NCBI GenBank assembly: GCA_963838795.1
Contig: CAWISL010000005.1
Coordinates: 120,092 to 184,091 of the forward strand
Length of the DNA: 64,000 nucleotides
Source of the DNA: an uncultured Actinomycetes bacterium
GTDB taxonomy: Bacteria > Actinomycetota > Thermoleophilia > Gaiellales > Gaiellaceae
Reading direction: 5' to 3'
Within the stretch, counting starts at the first letter, position 1. Each line of letters starts with the position of its first letter. Both the position numbers and the translations under genes were made by a program. This document shows, piece after piece, positions 19,565 to 28,125 of the stretch. The notes beneath the pieces were generated by a model. The model worked only from the letters and a program-made list of their open reading frames with translations, had not been told where the DNA came from and searched no databases.

Positions 19565-20717
19565 GCGGGTCGTCCGCTTCGGGCTCGTAGGCGGAGGCCT
19601 CATGGGACGCGAGTTCGCGAGCGCGGCCGCCCGCTGGATGCACCTCGGCGCCCTCGGCGTTCGGCCCGAGCTGGCGGTGGTCTGCGACGCAAACCCAGAC
19701 GTGCTCGCGTGGTACGAACGGCTCGAGCCGGCGCCGCGACTCCTCTCCGACTACCGCGAGCTGCTCGCGGACGACTCGGTCGAAGCTGTCTACTGCGCCG
19801 TCCCTCACCACCTTCACGCGGAGATCTACGGCGCCTGCCTCCGGGCCGGGAAGCACCTGCTGGGCGAGAAGCCCTTCGGCATCGACCTCGCCGCGAACCG
19901 GGCGATCGGCGCCGAGATCGACGCACACCCCGAGCTCCTGGTCCGCTGCTCCTCGGAGCTTCCGTTCTATCCCGGAGGCCAACGCGTGTGGCGCTGGATC
20001 GCCGAGCGCCGCTACGGACGCGTGCTCGAGGTGCGCTCGGCCTTCCTGCACTCCAGCGACCTCGATCCTGAGAAGCCGATCAACTGGAAGCGGCGCGCCG
20101 CCGAGAACGGCGAGTACGGCGTCATGGGCGACCTCGGCATGCACGCGCTGCACCTGCCGCTGCGGGCCGGGTGGTTCCCGAGCGACGTCCGCGCGATCCT
20201 GTCCGACGTGGTGCGCGAGCGCCCGGACGGGCTCGGCGGCACGGCTCCCTGCGACACGTGGGACAACGCCCTCCTCCTCTGCGAGGTGGAAGAGGACGGC
20301 GAGGTGTTCCCGCTTCGGATCGAGACGAAGCGGATCGCCCCGGGCGAGACGAACACGTGGATCATCGAGGTGGACGGAACGGAGGGGTCGATCGCCTACA
20401 CCACCAAGCAGCCCAAGACGCTGCGCTGGATGGCGTACGAGCCCGGCGGCGCGCAAGCCTGGAGCGTGCTCGACCTGGGGTCGGAGTCGGCCTACCCCTC
20501 GATCACCGGGGCGATCTTCGAGTTCGGCTTCTCGGACGCGATCCTGCAGATGTGGGCCGCCTTCCTGGACGAGCTCGCCCACGGGCGCGACGGCATGCGC
20601 CAGCCCTTCCACTGCGCGACGCCGGAGGAGGCGGCTGCGACCCATCGGGTCTTCACGGCGGCGCTCGAGTCGCAGGCGACCTCGTCGGTCGTGGCCCTCA
20701 GCGGCGCGCCCGCGTGA
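19557..20717 (+). CDS. Gfo/Idh/MocA family oxidoreductase
   Basis: RFGLVGGGLMGREF...AGKHLLGEKPFG. GTG start overlaps the aldolase stop. Confidence 0.85.
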   Translation: MPERVVRFGLVGGGLMGREFASAAARWMHLGALGVRPELAVVCDANPDVLAWYERLEPAPRLLSDYRELLADDSVEAVYCAVPHHLHAEIYGACLRAGKHLLGEKPFGIDLAANRAIGAEIDAHPELLVRCSSELPFYPGGQRVWRWIAERRYGRVLEVRSAFLHSSDLDPEKPINWKRRAAENGEYGVMGDLGMHALHLPLRAGWFPSDVRAILSDVVRERPDGLGGTAPCDTWDNALLLCEVEEDGEVFPLRIETKRIAPGETNTWIIEVDGTEGSIAYTTKQPKTLRWMAYEPGGAQAWSVLDLGSESAYPSITGAIFEFGFSDAILQMWAAFLDELAHGRDGMRQPFHCATPEEAAATHRVFTAALESQATSSVVALSGAPA

Positions 20718-21951
20718 GCAGGTCTCCGGCAGCGACGCCGCGGAGCGACGCATCCACCAGCTCCACCGGGTGAAAGGCAGGGAGCGGACGCCCTGCCCGG
20801 CGGAGTGCCGCCGTCACCTGGACGAGGCAGCCGGGGTTCGCGGCCGCATACGCGTCGGGCTCGACGGCGAGCACCCGTTCGGCCTTGCGTCGCCCCAGCT
20901 CGAGCGCAGCCTCGGGCTGCACGAGGTTGTAGATGCCGGCGCTTCCGCAGCAAAGAGCCTGATCCTCGGGCTCGGCGAGGTCGAGCCCGGGAATCGTCGC
21001 GAGCACGGCTCGCTGCTCCACCCGCACCCGCTGAGCGTGGAGAAGGTGGCAGGAGTCCTGGAGCGCGACGCGCAGCTCGAGGGGGCTCCGCTCGGCTCGG
21101 GGCTCGAGCCCGGCGAGGAGCTCGGCGACGTCGCGTACCCGGGCGGAGAAGGCGGCCGCTCGCTCGGCATAGACGGGGTCGTCCACGAGCAGGTGCGCGT
21201 AGTCCTTCAGGTTCGAACCGCAGCCGGCGGCGTTGGAGACCACGAAGTCGACAGCGGCCCCCTCGAATGTCTCGATGGTGTGCCGAGCATGCTCGAAGCC
21301 CTTGTCACGCCGCCCCGCGTGCACCGCCAGGGCGCCGCAGCAGCCCTGCGCCCGTAGTGCCACGACCTCGAAGCCGTAGGTCGCCAGGACTCGCGCCGTG
21401 GCGACGTTAACGTCGCCGAAGAGGACACGCTGGACGCAGCCCGTGAGGAGGCCCACGCGGCCGATCCGCTCGCCCACAGGCTCGGTGCGCTCGGGCGGCT
21501 CGGCTCCCGCACGCCAGGGCGGCGCCAGGTCGGTGAGCGGGCGCAGAAGCCCCGGAAGGGGCATCCTGCGCCCGGCCGGCGCGAGTCTGAGGGCCTTCCG
21601 CAGCCGGCCTGGGTGCGCGACGACGGCCAGGACGGCGGATCGGAGAGCGCGCTCGCGGCGCGGGCGACTGTACTCCTGCTCGATCGTCGCGCGCGTTTGC
21701 TCGATCAGGCGGTCATAGAGGACGCCGGAGGGGCAGGAGGTGACGCAGGCCATGCAGCCGAGGCAGCGATCGAAGTGCTCGACCACCGTCGGGTTGAGGT
21801 GGAGCGTTCCGTCCACGAGCCCTTCCATCAGGTAGATGCGCCCGCGCGGGGAGTCCATCTCCTCCCGCCAGAGACCCCACGTGGGGCAGGTCGGCAGGCA
21901 GAAGCCGCAGTGGACGCAGGTACTGACGAGCTCGCGGTCGATCTCCGTCAC
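20698..21951 (-). CDS. glcF: Glycolate oxidase iron-sulfur subunit
   Basis: Two ferredoxin-type Cys clusters (CVHCGFCLPTCP, CLGCMACVTSCP) plus two CCG domains (GCCG, CCGSAG). GTGA overlap with the glcE stop. Confidence 0.85.
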   Translation of the reverse strand: MTEIDRELVSTCVHCGFCLPTCPTWGLWREEMDSPRGRIYLMEGLVDGTLHLNPTVVEHFDRCLGCMACVTSCPSGVLYDRLIEQTRATIEQEYSRPRRERALRSAVLAVVAHPGRLRKALRLAPAGRRMPLPGLLRPLTDLAPPWRAGAEPPERTEPVGERIGRVGLLTGCVQRVLFGDVNVATARVLATYGFEVVALRAQGCCGALAVHAGRRDKGFEHARHTIETFEGAAVDFVVSNAAGCGSNLKDYAHLLVDDPVYAERAAAFSARVRDVAELLAGLEPRAERSPLELRVALQDSCHLLHAQRVRVEQRAVLATIPGLDLAEPEDQALCCGSAGIYNLVQPEAALELGRRKAERVLAVEPDAYAAANPGCLVQVTAALRRAGRPLPAFHPVELVDASLRGVAAGDLLTRARR

Positions 21952-22880
21952 GCGAGGACTCCCTCAGGGTCGAAGTGCTCTCTCACCCGCTCGGCGAGCG
22001 GGGACCACGGCTGCTCGTAGGGTTGAGGCAGATAGGCGAAGCAGGTGCTGCCGATCCGGACGAGCGCTTCGGGGAGCTCCTCCAAAGCGGCTGCGAGCTC
22101 GCCCGCCGCGAAGGCTCCCCGCGAGCGGGAGCCGAGCTGGGACGCCACCACCTGGTTCCAGACACCGCCGTCCTCCTCCCCGCCGAGGAGGGCGCGGCCC
22201 CGGTCGATCTGCGCCGAGGTCGCCCCCACGCCGCCCTCGAAGAGGACGACGAGGACGGACCGCTCCTCGGCCCAGAGAAGATCCAGCGCGCTCGGGGCGA
22301 GCGTCGAGTGGATCAGCTTCCGGACGATGGCCTGGACGTCGCCGGGCGTGGAGACGGGGATCACCAGCGTTCGGCTCGACTCCGGACGTGGGTGGAGGCG
22401 CAAGCTCGCGCGCGCGATCAGCCCCAGGCGCCCGTGGGAGCCGCAGAAGAGCTTGGCCAGGTCGTAGCCGGCGACGTTCTTCACGACCTTGCCGCCCGCG
22501 TTGGCGATGGTGCCGTCGGCGAGAACCACGGTCACCCCGAGGACGAGGTCGCGCGGTCGTCCGTACCGGTAGGCGCGGGGGCCGAAGAGGTCGCCCGCGA
22601 TGGCCGCACCGATCGTCGGGTCGCCCGGCGCGTCAAGCGCGAGCATCTGGCCGTGCTCGGCCAGTCGCTCGTTCAGCGCCGAGAGGTGGATGCCCGCCTC
22701 GACGGTGACGGTAAGGTCGCCGGCCTCGTGCTCGAGCAGCCGGTTGAGATATCGCGTCGAGACGACGAGCTCGCCGCCCGCGCGCTCGATCGAGACGCGC
22801 CGGCCTTCGCGTGCCGCCTGCCGGAGGATCTCCGCGGCCTGGGCGATTGCCAGGGGCTCGGCTTCAAAGGCGCTCGGCAA
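21948..22880 (-). CDS. glcE: Glycolate oxidase FAD-binding subunit
   Basis: LTVTVEAGIHLSALNERL...GGKVVKNVAGYDLAKLFCGSHGRLGLI. Best start is TTG 22880, just inside the glcD 3' end. Confidence 0.7.
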   Translation of the reverse strand: MPSAFEAEPLAIAQAAEILRQAAREGRRVSIERAGGELVVSTRYLNRLLEHEAGDLTVTVEAGIHLSALNERLAEHGQMLALDAPGDPTIGAAIAGDLFGPRAYRYGRPRDLVLGVTVVLADGTIANAGGKVVKNVAGYDLAKLFCGSHGRLGLIARASLRLHPRPESSRTLVIPVSTPGDVQAIVRKLIHSTLAPSALDLLWAEERSVLVVLFEGGVGATSAQIDRGRALLGGEEDGGVWNQVVASQLGSRSRGAFAAGELAAALEELPEALVRIGSTCFAYLPQPYEQPWSPLAERVREHFDPEGVLA

Positions 22881-24303
22881 GTCCTGCCTTCTCGAGGGGA
22901 TGTGCTCGGTAGGGCCCCGGTACCTCGCCGCACAGCCGGGGCGTCGGAAAGACCTTCCCCGGATTGGCCAACCCCGCGGGATCGAACCCACGCCGGAGGC
23001 GGGCCATGGCCTCGAGGTCATCGGGGCCGAACATGCTCGGCATCGCACAGGCCTTGTCGACCCCGATCCCGTGCTCGCCGGTCAGCGAGCCTCCTGCATC
23101 CATGCAGGCGTCGAGGATGGCAACGGCCAGCGCCTGGGCCCGCTCGGCCTGGCCCTCCTCGCGCCCGTCGTAGAGGACGAGCGGGTGCAGGTTGCCGTCA
23201 CCGGCGTGGAAGACGTTGCCGACGCGGAGCCCGTGCTCACGCTCGAGCTCGGCGATCCGCCGGAGCACCTCGGGCAGGCGAGTCCTCGGGACGACGCCGT
23301 CCTGGACGTAGTAGTCGTGGCTCACCCGGCCCATGGCGGCGAACGCCGACCTGCGGCCGAGCCAGAGGAGGGCCCGCTCGGCGTCGTCGGCCGCCACCCG
23401 GATCTCCACGGCGCCGGCCTCGATGCACAGGGCCTCGACGGCTGCGAGATCGTGCTCGACCTGCGTCGCTAGCCCGTCGAGCTCGACGATGAGGACGGCT
23501 GCGACGTTCGGGTAGCCGGGGTGCACGGCGGCTTCGGCAGCCTCGATCGTGAGTCGGTCCATCATCTCGATCGCGGCCGGGAGGATGCGGGCTGCGATCA
23601 CCCCCGACACGGCGGCCCCTGCCTGGTCGGTCGAGTCGAAGCCGGCGAGAAGCGTGCGCACCGCCTCCGGCCTGTGGAGCACGCGGACGACGATCTCCGT
23701 CGCGATGCCCAGGGTCCCCTCGGACCCGATGAACGCGCCGAGCAGGTCCGGCCCCGGATCGCCTACGCGCAGCCTCACGAGCTCGCCGTCGGGGAGGACG
23801 ACCTCCGCCTCGAGCACGTGGTTGACGGTGAAGCCGTGCTTCAGACAGTGGGCGCCCCCCGAGTTCTCGGCCACGTTGCCGCCGATCGTGCAGACCTGCT
23901 GGCTGGAGGGGTCCGGGGCATAGAAGAAGCCGTGAGGCGCGACGGCCTCCGTGATCGCGAGGTTCGTCACTCCGGGCTCCACGGTGACGCGCGCGCTCTC
24001 GAGGTCGACGTCGAGGATGCGGTCCATCCGCGCGAGCGAGATGACGATCCCTTCTGCTACGGGCAGCGCACCGCCCGAGAGCCCCGTTCCGGCTCCACGG
24101 GCGACGAAAGGGATCCCGTCGCGGGCGCAGAGGCGGACGACCGCCTGGACCTCGCCCGTGCTTGCCGGAAGAGTCACCAGCCCGGGGACGACGCGATGGC
24201 CCGTGAGGCCGTCGCACTCATAGGTGCGAAGCTGCTCCGGCTCGGTGATCACGCCAGCGGCGCCGATCGCAGCCTCGACGTCGCGCACGAACTGCACTCT
24301 CAT
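22864..24303 (-). CDS. glcD: Glycolate oxidase subunit GlcD (FAD-linked oxidase)
   Basis: FVARGAGTGLSGGALP...VEPGVTN...GGNVAENSGGAHCLKHG...FIGSEGTLGI...GEHGIG. Confidence 0.9.
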   Translation of the reverse strand: MRVQFVRDVEAAIGAAGVITEPEQLRTYECDGLTGHRVVPGLVTLPASTGEVQAVVRLCARDGIPFVARGAGTGLSGGALPVAEGIVISLARMDRILDVDLESARVTVEPGVTNLAITEAVAPHGFFYAPDPSSQQVCTIGGNVAENSGGAHCLKHGFTVNHVLEAEVVLPDGELVRLRVGDPGPDLLGAFIGSEGTLGIATEIVVRVLHRPEAVRTLLAGFDSTDQAGAAVSGVIAARILPAAIEMMDRLTIEAAEAAVHPGYPNVAAVLIVELDGLATQVEHDLAAVEALCIEAGAVEIRVAADDAERALLWLGRRSAFAAMGRVSHDYYVQDGVVPRTRLPEVLRRIAELEREHGLRVGNVFHAGDGNLHPLVLYDGREEGQAERAQALAVAILDACMDAGGSLTGEHGIGVDKACAMPSMFGPDDLEAMARLRRGFDPAGLANPGKVFPTPRLCGEVPGPYRAHPLEKAGLAERL

Positions 24304-24463
24304 GCCGAGCCCACCCGGACACGGTATCGGCCCAGCATGACTTCGACTCCCTCGGATTGAAGCGCGGAGAGGATCTCGCTCTTCGTCACACGCTTGACGG
24401 ACACCGCCGCCCCCGGAGGCGGGCCGGGCGGTCGTGATCCTGCTCGACGCCCGCGTCTTCGAC

Positions 24464-24481
24464 GACGACGAGCTCGTCGTC
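24464..24481 (-). terminator. Perfect 18-nt palindrome downstream of the sugar permease gene (possible stem-loop terminator, no U-tract)
   Basis: gacgacgagctcgtcgtc equals its own reverse complement. It lies 49 nt past the permease stop. Confidence 0.25.
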
Positions 24482-24529
24482 TCGAGGTCGTCGTGGTCCG
24501 AATGTAGAGCGCCGGAGCCGGGCCGTCCG

Positions 24530-25823
24530 TCAGACGGCGCCGCTGGCCGTCCGCCGCCGCTTCGCGAACGCGTCGATCAGCACGGCCCCGAGCAGGACGA
24601 GGCCGGTGATCACGAACTTCGTCCCCGACGCCAGGCCGAGGAGGTCCATTCCGTTCGTGATGGAGCCGATCACCAGGGCCCCGAGGAGCGCGGAGACGAC
24701 GCGGCCGACGCCGCCGAACAGGCTGGTGCCGCCGATCACGGCAGCGGCGATGACCAGCAACAGCAGCTGGCCTCCACCCGTGTTCGTGGCGACCGAGCGA
24801 AGCCGCGAGGCGAGCATGATGCCGCCGACGCCGGCCATGAAGCCGCTGATCATGAAGACGGCGATGCGCACCCGATCGACGGGGATCCCGGCGCGACGCG
24901 AGGCCTCGGCGCTCCCGCCCACTGCGTAGACGTGGCGGCCGAAGCGCGTTCGCGCGGCGATGAACGACCAGAAGATCAGGAAGACGATGAGGATCACGAT
25001 CGCGTAGGGCACCCCGCGATCCTGATTGCAGTACCAGACCGCGGCGAACGTGACGAGCGCGAGCCCGGCGATCTGGAGCAGGATCAGCGCGAAGGGCTTC
25101 CCGTAGAGGCCGCTTGCCCGCCGTTGGCGCGCGGTGTTGAGCTGCGCGAGGCCGTAGGCGAGCACCGCCACGGCTCCGAGGACCCAGCCGGCCGTCTCCG
25201 AGAGGAAGTCGTTCGCGATGCGAACGACTGTGTCGTCCTGGATCCGGATCGTCCCGATGGACGAGGCCTGGGTCGTCAGGATCAGGACCACGCCGGACCA
25301 GATGAGGAGACCCGCCAGCGTGACGACGAAGGACGGGACGCCGGCCTTCGTGATCACGAGCGCCTGGACGAAGCCGATCGCCGTGGTGACGAGGAGCCCG
25401 GCGAGGATCGCCAGCCACCAGGGCCACCCGGGGTCGTCGGGGCGCAGGAGCAGCGTCATCACGACCCCGCCGACCGCGCTGACGAATGCAACCGACAGGT
25501 CGATCTCGCCGATCAGGAGCACGAAGACGACCCCGATCGCGATCGTCGCGATCGCCGCTATCTGCAGCAGGAGGTTCGTGAAGTTGCGCTCGGTGAGGAA
25601 CGTGTCGTCGAGGAGGCCGAAGACGATGACGATGGCCACGAGCCCGACGATGATGGGAAGCGACCCCAGCTCACCCGCCTTGACTCCCTGCCACCAGCGC
25701 TGGGCGAAGCCCGCCGAGCGTCTCCGGCGACGCTCCCCCGCCCTCGGGGGGCCGAGGAGCCGGGGGCTCCTCGACGTCCGCCGTGACCGCGGGGGGCACG
25801 CTCGGGTCGACGTGCTCGGTCAC
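24530..25823 (-). pseudogene. xylH: CUT2 sugar ABC permease, XylH-like, N-terminal frame interrupted
   Basis: The permease body is ORF 24530..25639. Conserved N-terminal sequence ...FAQRWWQGVKAGELGSLPIIVGL continues upstream in the same frame with no start codon, back to the ATPase TGA. A GTG at 25823 makes a GTGA overlap with that stop but is in another frame. G5/G6/C5 runs lie at 25735-25766. Confidence 0.7.
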
Positions 25824-26608
25824 ACGTCCGCCCCTGCCCCGGCGGTCTCCATCCCGGGAACGTGGTCGAGCGTGCCGGCGGTGATCGCCTGCACGACCTC
25901 CTGCTGGTTCGTCTTCGCCCGCTCGAGCATGGCGACCCGCTGGCCGAGCCGGAGCACGGTGATCCGGTCGGCGCACTCGAAGACGTCGTGGAGGTTGTGG
26001 GAGACGATCACGACGCCGAGGTCCCGCTCGGCGAGGCGGCGGACGAGGTCGAGCACCTGGCGGGTCTGCGCGACCCCGAGGGCGGCCGTCGGCTCGTCGA
26101 GGATGACGAGCTTCGACTCCCACATGACCGACTTCGCCACCGCAACCGCCTGGCGCTGGCCTCCGGAGAGCCCGGCCACTCGCTGGCGGACCGACCTGAG
26201 TGTCGTGACGGACAGGCTGTTCAGCGTCTCGCGCGAGGCGCTTTCCATGCTCGACTCGTCGAGCACGATTCCGGTGCGGGTCCGCTCGCGGCCGAGGAAC
26301 ATGTTGGCGACGACGTCGAGGTTGTCCGCGAGCGCGAGGTCCTGGTACACGACCTCAATGCCGTATTTCGCGGCGTCGCGAGGCCCGTGGATGTCGACGT
26401 ATCCGCCCTCGAAGTACACCTCTCCCTCGTCGAACGGGTAGATGCCGGCGATGCTCTTGATCAGCGTCGACTTGCCGGCGCCATTGTCGCCAACGAGAGC
26501 CATGACCTCTCCGCGGTGAACCTCGAAGTCCACCTTGTAGAGCGCCTGCACCGCGCCGAACGCCTTCGAGACGTTCCTGCACTCGAGCAGAGCCGAGTTC
26601 TCAGTCAT
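25820..26608 (-). CDS. xylG: Sugar ABC transporter ATP-binding protein (single-cassette, XylG-like)
   Basis: Walker A GDNGAGKST, signature LSGGQRQAV, Walker B LVILDEPTAAL. Confidence 0.85.
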   Translation of the reverse strand: MTENSALLECRNVSKAFGAVQALYKVDFEVHRGEVMALVGDNGAGKSTLIKSIAGIYPFDEGEVYFEGGYVDIHGPRDAAKYGIEVVYQDLALADNLDVVANMFLGRERTRTGIVLDESSMESASRETLNSLSVTTLRSVRQRVAGLSGGQRQAVAVAKSVMWESKLVILDEPTAALGVAQTRQVLDLVRRLAERDLGVVIVSHNLHDVFECADRITVLRLGQRVAMLERAKTNQQEVVQAITAGTLDHVPGMETAGAGADV

Positions 26609-26669
26609 CGCTACTTCTCTCGCGGGAGAAGGGAGGGCGCCCGAAGGCGCCCTCCCCGAACCGCGGTCG

Positions 26670-27893
26670 TTACCCGTTTTCCTGACAGAAGTCCGTGTCA
26701 GCCGTGTCTCCGGTGCAGATCTCCTCGATCGGCACGAAGTCGTCCGCGACCACGGTGTCCATGATGTTGTCCTCGGTCACTCCGGTCGGTGTGAGCGCGA
26801 GGTAGGGCACGATGCCCTCGCCCGTCGGCGTGTCGGTCGGCTTGCCGTCCTCCGCCTGAATCCCAATCGACGTGAAGTCGAACTCGGATTCGATTGTCGT
26901 GGGATCTTCGCCTGCGCAGAGCGCCAGCGCGGCCTTCGCGGCCAGGTCGGCTTCCGCCTGAATCGGCTTGTAGACGGTCATCGTCTGCTGGCCCAGGATG
27001 ATCTGCTGGAGGCCGGCGGCGGTCGCGTCCTGGCCGCTGAGCGGCACGGGTCCGACGCCGGCCGCATCGAGGGCGTTGATCGCTTGCGTCGCGAGGTTGT
27101 CGTTCGCGGCGAAGACGGCGTCGACCTTGTTGTTCGCGTCGGTGAGGACCTGCTCCATGATCTGCTGGCCTTCGCCGTCCGCGCCCCAGCCGGGGACGAA
27201 CTGGTCGGCGACGATTTCCCAATCGCCGGCGTCGGCCTTGGCCTCGACGGTAGCCGCGTACCCGTCGCGGAAGAGGAACGCGTTGTTGTCCTCTTCCCCG
27301 CCGTTGAGCATCACGACCTGAGGCGTGCCGCCGAGCTCGTCGATGATCGGCTCGAGGACCTCGGCCATCGTCGCTCCGACCTTCACGTTGTCGAAGCTCA
27401 CGTAGGCCGCTCCACCCGAGCTGCCCGTGTTGAACCGGTCGTACTCGATCACGTCGACACCGGCCTCTTTCGCGATGTCGATGATCGTGCCGCCCGAGCC
27501 CGTGTCGATGCTCGCCAGGATGATCACTCCGGCACCGTCCGCAATCGCCTGCTCAGCCTGGGACTGCTGCGTCGCGGCGTCGCCCTCGGCGTTGACGATC
27601 GTATGATCGACACCGGCCTCGATGAAGGCCTGGTCGAGGTAGGGGCGGTCATTACTCTCCCAGCGCGGCGACGTCGCGCTGTCAGGCAGAAGCACCCAGA
27701 TGCTCTTGTCGCAGGTGCCGCCGCCGGCGGCCGCGCCGGTGTCGGCGCCGCCGGTGTCACCGCCCGCATCGTCGTCGTCGTCACCGCCGCACCCTGCGGC
27801 GACCAGCGCGAGGCCGGTCACGAGCGCCAAGAGGAGAACGAGCACCAGTCGGCGCGACTTCGATTCGGTTGCTTTCAACGAAAATCTGCTCAC
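26670..27893 (-). CDS. xylF: D-xylose-type ABC substrate-binding lipoprotein
   Basis: GTG 27893 after caggagg. Lipobox LALVAAGCGG. XylF-like blocks: RWESNDRPY, YDRF, VSFDNVKVG, EDNNAFLFRDG, ANNKVDAVFAANDNLA, SGQDATAAGLQQI, GQQTMTVYKPI. Confidence 0.85.
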   Translation of the reverse strand: MSRFSLKATESKSRRLVLVLLLALVTGLALVAAGCGGDDDDDAGGDTGGADTGAAAGGGTCDKSIWVLLPDSATSPRWESNDRPYLDQAFIEAGVDHTIVNAEGDAATQQSQAEQAIADGAGVIILASIDTGSGGTIIDIAKEAGVDVIEYDRFNTGSSGGAAYVSFDNVKVGATMAEVLEPIIDELGGTPQVVMLNGGEEDNNAFLFRDGYAATVEAKADAGDWEIVADQFVPGWGADGEGQQIMEQVLTDANNKVDAVFAANDNLATQAINALDAAGVGPVPLSGQDATAAGLQQIILGQQTMTVYKPIQAEADLAAKAALALCAGEDPTTIESEFDFTSIGIQAEDGKPTDTPTGEGIVPYLALTPTGVTEDNIMDTVVADDFVPIEEICTGDTADTDFCQENG

Positions 27894-27937
27894 GGCTCTT
27901 GCCTCCTGGTAGAACGACCCCGCGCAGTGACGGGGGC

Positions 27938-27966
27938 AGCTTAGGGCTCTTCGAGGCCAGTAGCAA
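27938..27966 (-). promoter_or_regulatory. Candidate promoter for xylFGH
   Basis: On the minus strand: TTGCTA, 17-nt spacer, TAAGCT, about 45 nt upstream of the xylF GTG. Confidence 0.35.
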
Positions 27967-28125
27967 GGAAGTTCGGTGCCGCTGAAGGCGGGCAAGCGGC
28001 TCCGCGGGCGAGGAACGCCGGCAACGGCGATTATTGCCCGGCTTTGGCGTATTTCCAGGCTGAGCAGGCGAAAATTCGTAATTCAGCGTGCGAAAGTGTT
28101 GAATACCGCGCACGAGCGAGACGCG

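Noticed and set aside
25820-25822. In-frame TGA between the XylG-like ATPase and the permease body, considered as stop-codon readthrough, selenocysteine or an ATPase-permease fusion.
   Set aside because: The 61 intervening codons begin with low-complexity PSTSRACPPRSRRTSRSPR. No SECIS-like element is evident. The GTGA-coupled GTG plus a homopolymer indel explains the layout more simply.
27768-27800. gtc/gac triplet runs (also at 5952-5963, 47872-47885 and 24461-24481), considered as tandem repeats or a CRISPR-like array.
   Set aside because: They are short, encode the poly-Asp tracts of the lipoproteins or form a single palindrome, and lack the repeat-spacer periodicity of CRISPR.
27894-28125. 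Operator palindromes for the ROK regulator in the xylF/ROK divergent spacer.
   Set aside because: Only weak 5-bp inverted repeats were found (for example ggcaa-N9-ttgcc). That is not enough to call a binding site. Only the xylF-side promoter-like hexamers are reported.
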